From a virus (Duplodnaviria; Heunggongvirae; Uroviricota; Caudoviricetes), in IMG/VR virus record IMGVR_UViG_2878528002_000001, positions 34,473-98,472 of that record: a stretch of 64,000 bases of DNA, one strand, 5' to 3'. Position numbers and translations under genes: made by a program. The notes below the pieces were generated by a model. That model searched no databases. It saw only the letters and a list, made by a program, of their open reading frames with translations, and had not been told where the DNA came from. Shown piece after piece: positions 50,101-59,383 of this stretch. How positions within the stretch are numbered: position 1 is the stretch's first letter; the number at the start of each line of letters is the position of its first letter.

Positions 50101-51237
50101 ATGAATGGATTAGCAGTAAAAGATATAGAATTTAATGGAGCAACACTGAGAGCAGCGCAGGATGTAGCTGGAAAAATCTGGGTTGGGATTCGATGGATGT
50201 GTATGGGAATTGGATTTGATGAAGACAAGATGAAGAATGAACGTAAGAAAATACAGAAAGATATTGTGTTAAATGAAGGGGTGAAATTTTACCCCTTGGG
50301 ATCTGGTAATTCAGATACAGAAGTTTTATGTCTTGATCTTGATTATATTCCGCTCTGGTTAGCGAAAATTTCTATTACACCGACAATGCAGAAGGAAAAT
50401 CCGGATCTTGTACAGAAACTTATTACATACCAGCTTAAAGCTAAAGATGTTTTAGCAGAAGCATTTCTTCCGAAGAAAGAAGAAATTGTTCCGGCACAAT
50501 CGAATATGATTCAACTGCAACTTCCTAACCTTCCGGATTACAGCGGAAATTTTCAGGAACTGAATGAAAAAATTGATAAACTGTATTCAGATATGGGAAA
50601 GCTCGCAAATCTTTTGATAGAGATGAAAGAAGGAAGCAAAATTTCTGTTGATATTCCGGAATCTATTAATCATGGAAATCTTTTAGAAGTACTTGAACAT
50701 TCCGCGATAACTGAATGGAAAAAGAAAATCTATTCCATGATTGACAGGCTTATTGATGCCGGAAAATGCAAAGAACGTTCTGAATGTCTTCAATATATCT
50801 ACAAGTATATGAATAAAAACTATGGTGTTGTCTGGGATCAGGAAATGAAAGAATATGCTATTCAGAACGGAAAGAAACCATCTACAATAGATCTTACATA
50901 TAATAATGAAACTTATCGTTCAATTTTCGAGTCAATTCTGGTTGATCTTGTGGAAAATAATACATCACAGGATGAAGAAATGGTATGTATGACGGACAAA
51001 ATCATTACTCCACTGATTGCGAAATACAATGATAATAGTAATGCCGGATGCGCTACTTACAAACTTGTATATGCCAGAATGGACAAAATCAAGCCTATTT
51101 GTTGGAGCAATCGTGAAGCGCGGTATATCAATAAACATGAAAAGAAAACCGCGACAAAGAAAAATATTATTAACGATAGCAAATCGTTGATGAAGATTTT
51201 CCGGGCAGCAGTTAAGCAGATGTTGGAGGAAGAGTAA
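50101..51237 (+). CDS. Phage antirepressor (P22_AR_N-type N-terminal domain)
   Basis: VKDIEFNG..LRAAQD..GKIWVGIRWMC.GIG...; CLDLDYIPLWLAKI; LITYQLKAKDVLAEAF. Confidence 0.8.
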   Translation: MNGLAVKDIEFNGATLRAAQDVAGKIWVGIRWMCMGIGFDEDKMKNERKKIQKDIVLNEGVKFYPLGSGNSDTEVLCLDLDYIPLWLAKISITPTMQKENPDLVQKLITYQLKAKDVLAEAFLPKKEEIVPAQSNMIQLQLPNLPDYSGNFQELNEKIDKLYSDMGKLANLLIEMKEGSKISVDIPESINHGNLLEVLEHSAITEWKKKIYSMIDRLIDAGKCKERSECLQYIYKYMNKNYGVVWDQEMKEYAIQNGKKPSTIDLTYNNETYRSIFESILVDLVENNTSQDEEMVCMTDKIITPLIAKYNDNSNAGCATYKLVYARMDKIKPICWSNREARYINKHEKKTATKKNIINDSKSLMKIFRAAVKQMLEEE

Positions 51238-51238
51238 G

Positions 51239-51463
51239 ATGAGTATGTATACAAGAATGTTGAATAATGGGATTGTAATAAAGAATGCTCAAGATGCTCT
51301 TAATACTGCAATTAAAAATGGAGCATATGTTTATATCACTTTAGCTGACGGAACGGAAATTCATTTAGATCGACCAATACAAATTAATTCTATAGAAGCT
51401 ACGGCATTGCATAGTGTCGCAGATGGATACTATAAAGCAGAACAGATTAACTTAAATGAGTGA
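51239..51463 (+). CDS. Hypothetical protein
   Basis: 74 aa, translationally coupled. Confidence 0.5.
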   Translation: MSMYTRMLNNGIVIKNAQDALNTAIKNGAYVYITLADGTEIHLDRPIQINSIEATALHSVADGYYKAEQINLNE

Positions 51464-51680
51464 TTTGAAATTACATATATGGTATAATGGAGGAAAAGAA
51501 TATGGAAGTTATCAGTGCATTTGAAGTGAGAGGCAAAAGGTTTGTGACAGTGAAGAACGGAAATAACGTGCACTCAATGCCGGAAAAAGAATTTGCGTGG
51601 ATTTTGTGTAACGAGAGAAAATATAATAGAGAAATGAAAACGGCGGCATAGCAATGAAAGAATAGTTTTGAGGTGCGAAT

Positions 51681-51896
51681 ATGAATGCATGGATTATTGA
51701 AAAACTAAAATCTTTACGGGAAGATTTATCAAAGAAACAGGAATTGTTCAAGGTAAACGTAAGGAATATTGATTCACCAACATATGAAGATAATACGATC
51801 AATGATTTATTAGCGATAAAAAAATTGAAAGTGGAAATTGAACAGCTTGAATTGATATTACAGCTAAGTGGGATTTTTCAGGCAGAGAATAAATAA
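51681..51896 (+). CDS. Hypothetical protein
   Basis: 71 aa; GAGGTG RBS. Confidence 0.55.
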   Translation: MNAWIIEKLKSLREDLSKKQELFKVNVRNIDSPTYEDNTINDLLAIKKLKVEIEQLELILQLSGIFQAENK

Positions 51897-51897
51897 T

Positions 51898-52009
51898 ATA
51901 TGGGTGCTAATATAGGAGCTGTTATGACGATAACGAACGAGTTCAAGTCTCGTAAATCAGTAACCAGGCTGACAAAAGTAAGAGCGGGTTCAAACCCCGC
52001 CGCCCATGT
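51898..52009 (+). ncRNA. tRNA-like RNA with two TPsiC-type hairpins
   Basis: Acceptor-like stem ATATGGGTG/CGCCCATGT; hairpins ACGAG-TTCAAGT-CTCGT and GCGGG-TTCAAAC-CCCGC; no canonical anticodon arm. Confidence 0.55.
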
Positions 52010-52245
52010 TCTATAATGGAATATTAAAAGGGAATTATGATATGAGACAATTTGAATGTATAAATAATAAAAGAATATATACTGAAGAGGAATTGCAAAA
52101 CCTATTTAAGTTTAAAGTAGTTCATGGATATGATAAAGGTTTTGAAAATTGGATTAAAGAAGAAATTCAAAATGGAAATCTTCGAGTTCTTTCAGATAAA
52201 GAAATTGTGAACAGACATATTCGAAAATATAATAGCTATAGATAA
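52006..52245 (+). CDS. Hypothetical protein
   Basis: Track ORF; likely start MRQFEC. Confidence 0.5.
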   Translation: MFYNGILKGNYDMRQFECINNKRIYTEEELQNLFKFKVVHGYDKGFENWIKEEIQNGNLRVLSDKEIVNRHIRKYNSYR

Positions 52246-52247
52246 CA

Positions 52248-52454
52248 ATGAAACCTAAGTTTCAAGAGAAATATATGAAGCAATTATATATTGTTGTAGA
52301 TATTCCAAAATACCCAGAGGATAATCCATCTTATAAATATGTTGTAAGAGCAAATGATTATAAAGAAGCAATTGAAATAGTGAAAAGAAAAACTGGACGA
52401 GCATCATGGGAGTTTGATGCGAATTTGGCGGAAAATAATGAAGTGTGGGAGTAG
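52248..52454 (+). CDS. Hypothetical protein
   Basis: Track ORF; likely start MKQLY. Confidence 0.5.
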   Translation: MKPKFQEKYMKQLYIVVDIPKYPEDNPSYKYVVRANDYKEAIEIVKRKTGRASWEFDANLAENNEVWE

Positions 52455-52717
52455 ATGATTTTATGGAACATGTGAATATATTTGAGACAAAAACAGATGA
52501 AGAATTATTAACATTATATAATCAATTTCTTGAAGTAGAGAAAACCGCTGTATTTTCTGATGATAATGAACTTGGAAAAATTAAAAGAGAGTATGAAAAT
52601 GATTTTGGTGCAAATACAACATTAATGATACAAATAGAATTGACACATACAATTGCGGATAGATGGTACAAAAATCATTCAAAAATGTATCGGAATGTGT
52701 TGCATGGAAAATATTGA
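52445..52717 (+). CDS. Hypothetical protein
   Basis: 90 aa. Confidence 0.5.
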   Translation: MGVDDFMEHVNIFETKTDEELLTLYNQFLEVEKTAVFSDDNELGKIKREYENDFGANTTLMIQIELTHTIADRWYKNHSKMYRNVLHGKY

Positions 52718-52830
52718 TGAAATTTGACTTTCGAGGTGAAAAATATGGATGCATGGATTATTGAAGGAAAAGATTATAAATGACAGAATATAGTACAACG
52801 AATTAAATTATATGCTATATATAGTATTTT

Positions 52831-53541
52831 GTGGAGGTGCAAAACATGGAAAATGAATATAAAGTAGAAGAAACAGAATTTGGAACAAAAACAAGCCATC
52901 CGGCGTATGGAACAATCATGTTTAATAGAGCTAACGGTTGTAGAAGAAGTTTATTTGGAAGCAGTATTGAACATAGTAATGTAATTACAATGGAAGTAAA
53001 ACATGCTGATATAGAACGTGGATTAAATAGAGATTGGGTTTATGGTAAAAGTCCTATTGTAGAAATAGAGATGAGTTATTCACAGTTTGCAGAAGCAATT
53101 ACATCTTTTGGTCAAGGAAGCGGAATACCTTGCACTATTAGATATACAGAAAAAGATGGTAAAATTCCTGAATGTGATTTTATCAGTAAAAGGAAACAGT
53201 TCACTGATGAATTCAAGAGTAAAACAGAAGATATAATGAATGAGTCACAGCAGTTAATCCAAAATGTAACCGATTTATTTTCTCAGAAAAAAGCACTAAC
53301 AAAGGCAGATAAAGAATCTATAATATATAAGCTTAGAAAATTAAGCATGGATCTTGGATGTAATTTGGATTTTATTGCAGAACAGTTTAATGTACAGATG
53401 GATAAAACGGTTATGGAGGCAAAGGGAGAAATCGAATCGTTCTGCCAGAATAAAATAAACTCTATTGCTAGTGCAGCATTAGCAGAAAATAGAAAAGAGT
53501 TTTTAAAATTGGAAAATCCAGTTGATATTGAACAAGAATAA
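52831..53541 (+). CDS. Phage hypothetical protein
   Basis: 236 aa; likely start MENEYK after GGAGGTG. Confidence 0.65.
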   Translation: MEVQNMENEYKVEETEFGTKTSHPAYGTIMFNRANGCRRSLFGSSIEHSNVITMEVKHADIERGLNRDWVYGKSPIVEIEMSYSQFAEAITSFGQGSGIPCTIRYTEKDGKIPECDFISKRKQFTDEFKSKTEDIMNESQQLIQNVTDLFSQKKALTKADKESIIYKLRKLSMDLGCNLDFIAEQFNVQMDKTVMEAKGEIESFCQNKINSIASAALAENRKEFLKLENPVDIEQE

Positions 53542-53780
53542 ATAAATGAAAAATTGCTTTCATAAGGAGGTATCATGATAGGAACTTTTGATCTTAATTT
53601 TGAGAAGCAACTTATAAAAAATTATGCAGAAGAAACTTATGAATTTCTTATAGATAGAGCTGATTCAAGACAACTTGAGAAAGATTTTGTTTTTCAAGAG
53701 TTTTTAAAACAACTTAATGCTTTGGCAAAGAAAAATGGAATCTTATAAATACATGGAATTGTTTTAGATAGGTAATTTAT

Positions 53781-54008
53781 ATGACGTATGAAGAAATGCA
53801 AAAAATCAAACATTTACGAGAAGTAACTTTTGTTATGGTTGAAGAATCATCGAGTGGAATTGAATGTACTAAAAATAGATTTGGTAGCAGAACTATGGAT
53901 GACTGCAAGAACGTTACTTTTGAAAAAATTGAATTAAAAAAAATTGATAATGACATTTTTCATATAAGAAAAGAATATTATGGTAGGAATCTATGGGTAA
54001 TGTTATGA
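53781..54008 (+). CDS. Hypothetical protein
   Basis: 75 aa. Confidence 0.5.
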   Translation: MTYEEMQKIKHLREVTFVMVEESSSGIECTKNRFGSRTMDDCKNVTFEKIELKKIDNDIFHIRKEYYGRNLWVML

Positions 54009-54045
54009 GATTAAGTTGTTTTTAATATAGAATGGAGTTGATTAC

Positions 54046-54309
54046 GTGAAAAGAATTAAAATGAAAAATAATACAACAAAATTTGTATGGGACGGAGATA
54101 ACTGCATAGATAAATATACAGAGTTTATAGAACAGTATTATTATGATTCAGAAAAAGAAAAGATGGAACATAAAAAAGAAATGGAATCAGATGGTTGGAA
54201 TGATTCTGGTCAAGTTATGGAAATGATAAGCGGTTCTTTAATGCCAGGAGCTAAAAATCCTCCGGTGCATGTCTGGTTTGGAAGTTATTACAAAACAATT
54301 AGAGAATAA
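54046..54309 (+). CDS. Hypothetical protein
   Basis: 87 aa; GGAG RBS, GTG start. Confidence 0.55.
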   Translation: MKRIKMKNNTTKFVWDGDNCIDKYTEFIEQYYYDSEKEKMEHKKEMESDGWNDSGQVMEMISGSLMPGAKNPPVHVWFGSYYKTIRE

Positions 54310-54568
54310 AATGAAAGATTGTTTTCAGGGAGTGATAATAATGACTGTTGAACAAGCTAACGGAAATTATAATTATATGTATGAATTTAGGATTGATAAG
54401 TCCTGGTATCCATGCCATTTATTAAATGATTCTGTAGAAAACGAACACTGTATGATTTTTACTAGAAACGGATCAGTGATACATAAACAATTACAGGACG
54501 TTAGAAAGATGCGTAAAGAAGATTATTTATATAACAGGAAAGAAGTTGTTGAATGGCTTGGAAAATGA
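54269..54568 (+). CDS. Hypothetical protein
   Basis: Track ORF; likely start MTVEQ after GGGAG. Confidence 0.5.
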   Translation: MSGLEVITKQLENKMKDCFQGVIIMTVEQANGNYNYMYEFRIDKSWYPCHLLNDSVENEHCMIFTRNGSVIHKQLQDVRKMRKEDYLYNRKEVVEWLGK

Positions 54569-54842
54569 GCTTATAATCATGGGATTCATGAAAATGTACA
54601 TGATGATTTGAAACTTTTTGATTCAGTAGATGATTTGATGAGAAGTTAAAACAGACATTTCGAAAGGAAAAATATGAACGAATATATGAACGAACCCATA
54701 GAACGAATCTGGATTCCGGAAGATGTTGTAAATACCTATAAGAAATTGCAGGATAAAGCAGTTGTGGCAAAAATTTTTTGCATTCCGGTAAAACAAGTGA
54801 CGAAGATTTTGAACGATAACAAATAACGAAAGAGGTATTTCA

Positions 54843-55082
54843 ATGGATATTTGTAAAACAAGAACTAAACTTAAACCCAAGGGAACAAAAGAAAGTTTTA
54901 TAGACGAGAAGAAGCATACTCATAGTTACGAGAGACGGATAGATGGAGTTGAATTATGGTTTGAACATGATGAAAATAATGAAATAATTTATTTTCGCCG
55001 AAGATATAATAGATTGGAGGCAATATATGGAATTATTGATCATGATGATAAGTATACAGAAGAAGACTATATTCGCAATTAG
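54843..55082 (+). CDS. Hypothetical protein
   Basis: 79 aa; GAGGT RBS. Confidence 0.55.
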   Translation: MDICKTRTKLKPKGTKESFIDEKKHTHSYERRIDGVELWFEHDENNEIIYFRRRYNRLEAIYGIIDHDDKYTEEDYIRN

Positions 55083-55150
55083 AAAAAGAACCGCTTGCTA
55101 CATAGATTAGTTTCTATTATAATAGAAGAAACGGAACGGAGGCGGTTGAA

Positions 55151-55336
55151 ATAGCAGTATCAAAAGCCAAGAAAGAAGCAAATGAAAGATATTTTAAAAA
55201 AGCTTATACTCAAGTAAAATTATCAATGCCAAACGAAGAAGCTGAGACATTATCTAAGTACTGCGATGAAAAAGGGTACACAAAAGCGGGTTTTATACGG
55301 CAGGCAATAAAAGATAAAATTGAGAGAAATGAGTAA
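55151..55336 (+). CDS. Small RHH-like regulator with probable ATA start (61 aa)
   Basis: (M)AVSKAKKEANERYFKKAYTQVKLSMP...KGYTKAGFIRQAIKDKI; GGAGG RBS; upstream promoter TTGCTA(55095)-17-TATAAT(55118). Confidence 0.65.
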   Translation: MAVSKAKKEANERYFKKAYTQVKLSMPNEEAETLSKYCDEKGYTKAGFIRQAIKDKIERNE

Positions 55337-55341
55337 AAGAT

Positions 55342-55368
55342 AGGACATCCGAAAGATGTCTTATTTTT
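55342..55368 (+). terminator. Intrinsic terminator
   Basis: AGGACATC-CGAAA-GATGTCTT plus ATTTTT. Confidence 0.65.
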
Positions 55369-55381
55369 ATACCAAAATATA

Positions 55382-55470
55382 CATTGGTACTATTGCATGT
55401 TATGCATAAAAACGTTTGTGAAACATTGGTACTAATGCCGATTGAAATACATTAGTACCAATTCTATAAT
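55382..55470 (+). promoter_or_regulatory. Triple palindromic operator plus sigmaA promoter
   Basis: CATTRGTACYAWTK-type sites at 55382, 55424 and 55450; TTGAAA(55442)-17-TATAAT(55465). Confidence 0.75.
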
Positions 55471-55752
55471 TTAATCAGGTTAAGAGAAACGAAACTTATT
55501 AAATTAAAAACAGAGAATTAATAAGTAATGAATTCTTTTAATAAATATTTCCGCGCTGTATATGCGTGGAGCAAGTTCTATATTTCTCTTGTGAAAAGAA
55601 GTATTAAAGGAGGATATATGAGAGTAGTTGAAATAGACGAAATATGATGCAAATAAATTATCCCACATATAAAGGTGTTGCGAGTAAATTATTCTCATAT
55701 AATTCTCGATCATGGGATTCTATGATATCTATACTAAGCAGGAGGAAGACAG

Positions 55753-56790
55753 ATGGCAAGAATTGATGAATTAAGAAAACAGTTAGTTGGGAATGTGTTT
55801 TGTTCTGATGATATCGATCAGGCTCTTGAAAAATATGATTTCTATCCTGTTGAAGTAGAAGACGATGAAGAGCGAAATATCTTTAAATATACCAATAAAA
55901 AATCGCAGATCTGGGTGTATTACAGTCAGGATGGAGAAGATTATCTTGTTGAAAAGGTAATCAACAGCAATAAGAAACGAGGCAAAACAGAAGTTGATCC
56001 GTTTTTTAACCCAGAAGATATCAAAAAGATGATGGATTATTTTTCAGAGCGTGAAATGTGGACAGAATACACAATTTTCATGTTGGAGTTATTACTTGCA
56101 AGACGTATCGGAGATACTGTTTCGTTGAAATGGTCTGATTTCTATGATGAGAATGGAGCCAGAAAAGATAGACTAAATACTTTATTGGAACAGAAAACTG
56201 ACAAGATTGTTGATATTTCAATTTCCAATATTGTATGGAAGTATCTTGACCTTTACTGCGAAAAAATGAATATTGAGCCAATGGAACATTATCATGAGGA
56301 TATTTTTCCAAGAGCAGCCAAGACTTATGCTCCAAGTAAAAAAGAGTATGAAAAAGCGGTTGCAAGCCAGGCTGATGCTTTTCGTAATGCATTTAAAAAG
56401 GCAGCCGATTATTGTGGAATTAAAAATGTAAGCACTCATTCACTCCGTAAGAGCTTTGGTTATATTGCGCATACATTGCAGCAATTCGATCCGGATAATC
56501 TGGTCGTGTTACAGTCAATTTTCGGACATGAGAATGTAGAAACCACCAAAAGATATATTGGTGTGATTCGTGAGAAGGCACGTAAGACATTTGAAGTGGT
56601 GTCACAGTTCATTGAAGATGCTGCAAATGGTGTTAAAACTGTCATTAAAAACGTTCCGGTCATTGCATTGCGGTCTAATGATCTTCGTGATTTATTGTTG
56701 GAAGCCGTGCGTATGGGGCAGGAAGGTAGAACCAGTATGGAAGATATGAGTAAATTGCTTGATAAAGCGGAAGAAATGAGGGTTTCATGA
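55753..56790 (+). CDS. Tyrosine recombinase / integrase
   Basis: LLARRIGDTVSLKW, THSLRKSFGY, IFGHENVETTKRYIG; complete catalytic set. Confidence 0.9.
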   Translation: MARIDELRKQLVGNVFCSDDIDQALEKYDFYPVEVEDDEERNIFKYTNKKSQIWVYYSQDGEDYLVEKVINSNKKRGKTEVDPFFNPEDIKKMMDYFSEREMWTEYTIFMLELLLARRIGDTVSLKWSDFYDENGARKDRLNTLLEQKTDKIVDISISNIVWKYLDLYCEKMNIEPMEHYHEDIFPRAAKTYAPSKKEYEKAVASQADAFRNAFKKAADYCGIKNVSTHSLRKSFGYIAHTLQQFDPDNLVVLQSIFGHENVETTKRYIGVIREKARKTFEVVSQFIEDAANGVKTVIKNVPVIALRSNDLRDLLLEAVRMGQEGRTSMEDMSKLLDKAEEMRVS

Positions 56791-56932
56791 GAGAATTCTA
56801 TTGTGAAAAGCGAGAAAAATGTAATTTGGAAGATGGAAAAGCGTGTGAAGCGTGCCAATGGGCGCGTGAGATATGCAAAAAATTTGGTTTATGCTTGGCG
56901 GAACGCAAGAAAGGATTAGAAAAATAATATGT

Positions 56933-56955
56933 AAAGGCGGTTATTCACCGCCTTT
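56933..56955. terminator. Bidirectional terminator-like hairpin
   Basis: AAAGGCGG-N7-CCGCCTTT between convergent genes. Confidence 0.6.
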
Positions 56956-57465
56956 CTTAGGAGTTTTAATGTTTGATTTGTCAAGATTATCAGCATATTT
57001 TTTAAATCTTGCAGAGAATTGTTTATCCATTTCAATGTTGACAACGTTCGTTACTATTTCGGTTAATAGTTTATTGAACTGTGGATCAGTTGGTTGCGGC
57101 TTGTTTTTAGACGAAATGATTACATTTTTTAATATAGGTGAATCATGATTAACACCAACACGTTCGCTAGAAGGAAATCCGTATGGATAATGTTCTTCGG
57201 CTACACAACTCGGCTGATCTGACATGGTGGATGCATAGTGGTTGTATTTTACGTTATTAGTGGTTTTTTCCTCTTTTACGAGAATATCACTAGGAGTGCA
57301 ATCCAATACGTCGCAGATAGATTCTAGCGTGTCTAAACCGATACGAGAAACGTCACCATTATATAGTTTTTCGGCTGGCTGATAACCAATACCAATAGCT
57401 TTGGCGAATTGATTAATGTTATCAAATTTTGAATCCACTAAGTTTTTGATTTTAATTTTTAGCAT
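56941..57465 (-). CDS. XRE/Cro-C1 HTH repressor
   Basis: Start MLKIKIK (GGAGGT RBS); INQFAKAIGIGYQPAEKLYNG...LDTLESICDVLDCTPSDIL. Confidence 0.8.
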   Translation of the reverse strand: MLKIKIKNLVDSKFDNINQFAKAIGIGYQPAEKLYNGDVSRIGLDTLESICDVLDCTPSDILVKEEKTTNNVKYNHYASTMSDQPSCVAEEHYPYGFPSSERVGVNHDSPILKNVIISSKNKPQPTDPQFNKLLTEIVTNVVNIEMDKQFSARFKKYADNLDKSNIKTPKKGGE

Positions 57466-57533
57466 ACGATTACCTCCTGTTATTACAGTATACCATAACT
57501 GTAGAAAATAACAATTATATTTTACAATAGTAC

Positions 57534-57562
57534 TTGACAATAACAGCAGGGTATAATATAAT
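57534..57562 (+). promoter_or_regulatory. Consensus sigmaA promoter divergent from the repressor
   Basis: TTGACA(57534)-17-TATAAT(57557). Confidence 0.8.
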
Positions 57563-57610
57563 GAGTATAAATCAAAGGTAATACATAGAAAACGAAAGGA
57601 GGAAGTACAT

Positions 57611-57997
57611 ATGGATCTTCACAGATATGATATAGTCGAGGCTGAAATTAAAATGACAACACCGTCTGGATCAGTACAGAAGAAAAGACGTCCATATGTA
57701 ATCGTAGGCAATGAGCAAGGAACCAAGACGGCTCCTACGGTTATTGCAATGCCTTTGACTCATATTATAAAAAGAACGAACCTTCCGGTTCACGGATGTA
57801 TTAAGGCGGATGGTGATACTGGACTGGCTTATTATTCAATGGTGCTTGGTGAACAGCCTTATACGCTGGACAAACAATATGAAGTCAAAAGAAAGCTTGG
57901 TTCAGTAGTCGATACGAAACAGAAAAATCTAATTAATAAAATCTGTTGGAATACTATGTTTTATGGAGAAAATATAAACTGGGAGGCAATATTATGA
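57611..57997 (+). CDS. MazF/PemK-family endoribonuclease
   Basis: DIVEA...SVQKKRRPYVIVGNEQG..APTVIAMPLT...LPVH; catalytic R and T present. Confidence 0.8.
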   Translation: MDLHRYDIVEAEIKMTTPSGSVQKKRRPYVIVGNEQGTKTAPTVIAMPLTHIIKRTNLPVHGCIKADGDTGLAYYSMVLGEQPYTLDKQYEVKRKLGSVVDTKQKNLINKICWNTMFYGENINWEAIL

Positions 57998-58257
57998 TAG
58001 GTTATATTACGGTACCGAAATCAGTGGCAAAAGAAATGATAGATAATTATCCAGGAGATAGAGTTCCTGTCCTTTCTTATAATATAGAAACTCATATTCA
58101 TAAGCCGACTGAAAGAAAAAGCAAACGGAGAACAAAAGAAATCATAGATATTGCGAAAGAAGTTGGATTTCAAAAGAATGATATTTTTGATGTTCTTGGA
58201 TGTATGACATGGGAAAATGAAATTAGAAGTATTTTGTTACCTAAATTGCTAGAATAA
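57994..58257 (+). CDS. Hypothetical protein coupled to the MazF-like gene
   Basis: Start MIGYITVPK after GGAGG; ATGA overlap. Confidence 0.55.
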   Translation: MIGYITVPKSVAKEMIDNYPGDRVPVLSYNIETHIHKPTERKSKRRTKEIIDIAKEVGFQKNDIFDVLGCMTWENEIRSILLPKLLE

Positions 58258-58309
58258 TGCCACTTATCCCGTTTTATCGGATTCTGAGAAGAGTATTATT
58301 TAAGAAAAG

Positions 58310-58360
58310 CAAACAAATGTTCGGTTTTCCGTTGACAAATACGAACACCTGGAATATACT
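58310..58360 (+). promoter_or_regulatory. sigmaA promoter with adjacent LexA (Cheo)-box-like site
   Basis: CAAACAAATGTTCG (58310-58323); TTGACA(58332)-17-TATACT(58355). Confidence 0.55.
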
Positions 58361-58610
58361 TACAATAAAAAAAGAGAAGCTCCTACTCCGGTGCGGGAAC
58401 ACCATAATGGAGTAGGAAACCTCTCAACACACATAACATAATCTCCCACGGGAATGGGAAGAAAATGCTACATATTTATATTACATAGATTTTCTTAAAA
58501 AATCAAGTTTTTCGTAGCATTTCTGCTAAATTTTTCCAATAATAAATAATTTATATATGTGTTTAAGTTATTCGAATTCGAGAATAACTTATTAAATTGC
58601 ACTAATTTTT

Positions 58611-58684
58611 GGAAGCATAGCTAAATTGATGTGAGCAGATGTCTCATAAACATAAGGTTGGGAGTTCGAATCTCTCTGCTTCCA
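58611..58684 (+). tRNA. tRNA with CAT anticodon (elongator Met or Ile2)
   Basis: GGAAGCA/TGCTTCC acceptor; loop CTCATAA; T arm GGGAG-TTCGAAT-CTCTC; top anticodon-stem pair is mismatched. Confidence 0.85.
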
Positions 58685-58714
58685 CTAACTAAATATAGAA
58701 AGGAATGATTAAAT

Positions 58715-59380
58715 GTGTACATAGTTACTGATGGTAAGAATTATGTCATGAAAGACCCTATTAATGCTGAACGATGGCTCGTTTCTACAAACATTAATCA
58801 TGCATATGTAGGATCGTTGAAACAGGCTAAACGCATTTTGAGAATGAAAAGATTCTCTCCGTCGAAAGGTTTTCATATGGTTGATCATGATACTGGGAAC
58901 ACTGTTCCAAAAGAAGTTGAGAATTATAGAGGCTCTGCTGGAGCATTTTTAGGTGAAAATGAGATTTCACTTGATGACAAGATTCTGGATGAAATTTTCA
59001 GAGAAGCACGAGGAATTCTTGGACTTGCCGGATGGGACATGACTCAGTTGAATACGTACATGAATCAATTGAGTGCCAATTTAGCAAAATACGATTCTGC
59101 GATTTCTGATATTGAGCATGTATTGCAGGAATACGAATCAAAACATGATGGAAAGAAACCTCCAGCAAACAAGGCAGCGAAATTAAGTTATTTACTTTTG
59201 GATGTAAGAGGTAAAAGAGGGAGAATTAAACAATGTCAGTGTTACATACGCGTTATGCAGGATGCGATAACAAACCATTATCCATTGGATAAACTTAAAC
59301 TGGAATTGAGTAAAGTTACATACGTTGACTACAAGGGTAGAACTAAGTACTACAATTTGGCATTAAATATTTTGAATTAA
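58715..59380 (+). CDS. Phage hypothetical protein
   Basis: 221 aa; helical C-terminus. Confidence 0.6.
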   Translation: MYIVTDGKNYVMKDPINAERWLVSTNINHAYVGSLKQAKRILRMKRFSPSKGFHMVDHDTGNTVPKEVENYRGSAGAFLGENEISLDDKILDEIFREARGILGLAGWDMTQLNTYMNQLSANLAKYDSAISDIEHVLQEYESKHDGKKPPANKAAKLSYLLLDVRGKRGRIKQCQCYIRVMQDAITNHYPLDKLKLELSKVTYVDYKGRTKYYNLALNILN

Positions 59381-59383
59381 AAG

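Noticed and set aside
55261-55290. Apparent frameshift in the RHH-like gene
   Set aside because: A recount gives GAA AAA GGG TAC; the frame is intact.
55500-58300. Arbitrium (AimR/AimP) system, expected in some SPbeta-like phages
   Set aside because: No TPR-type receptor or signal-peptide micro-ORF recognisable in this region.
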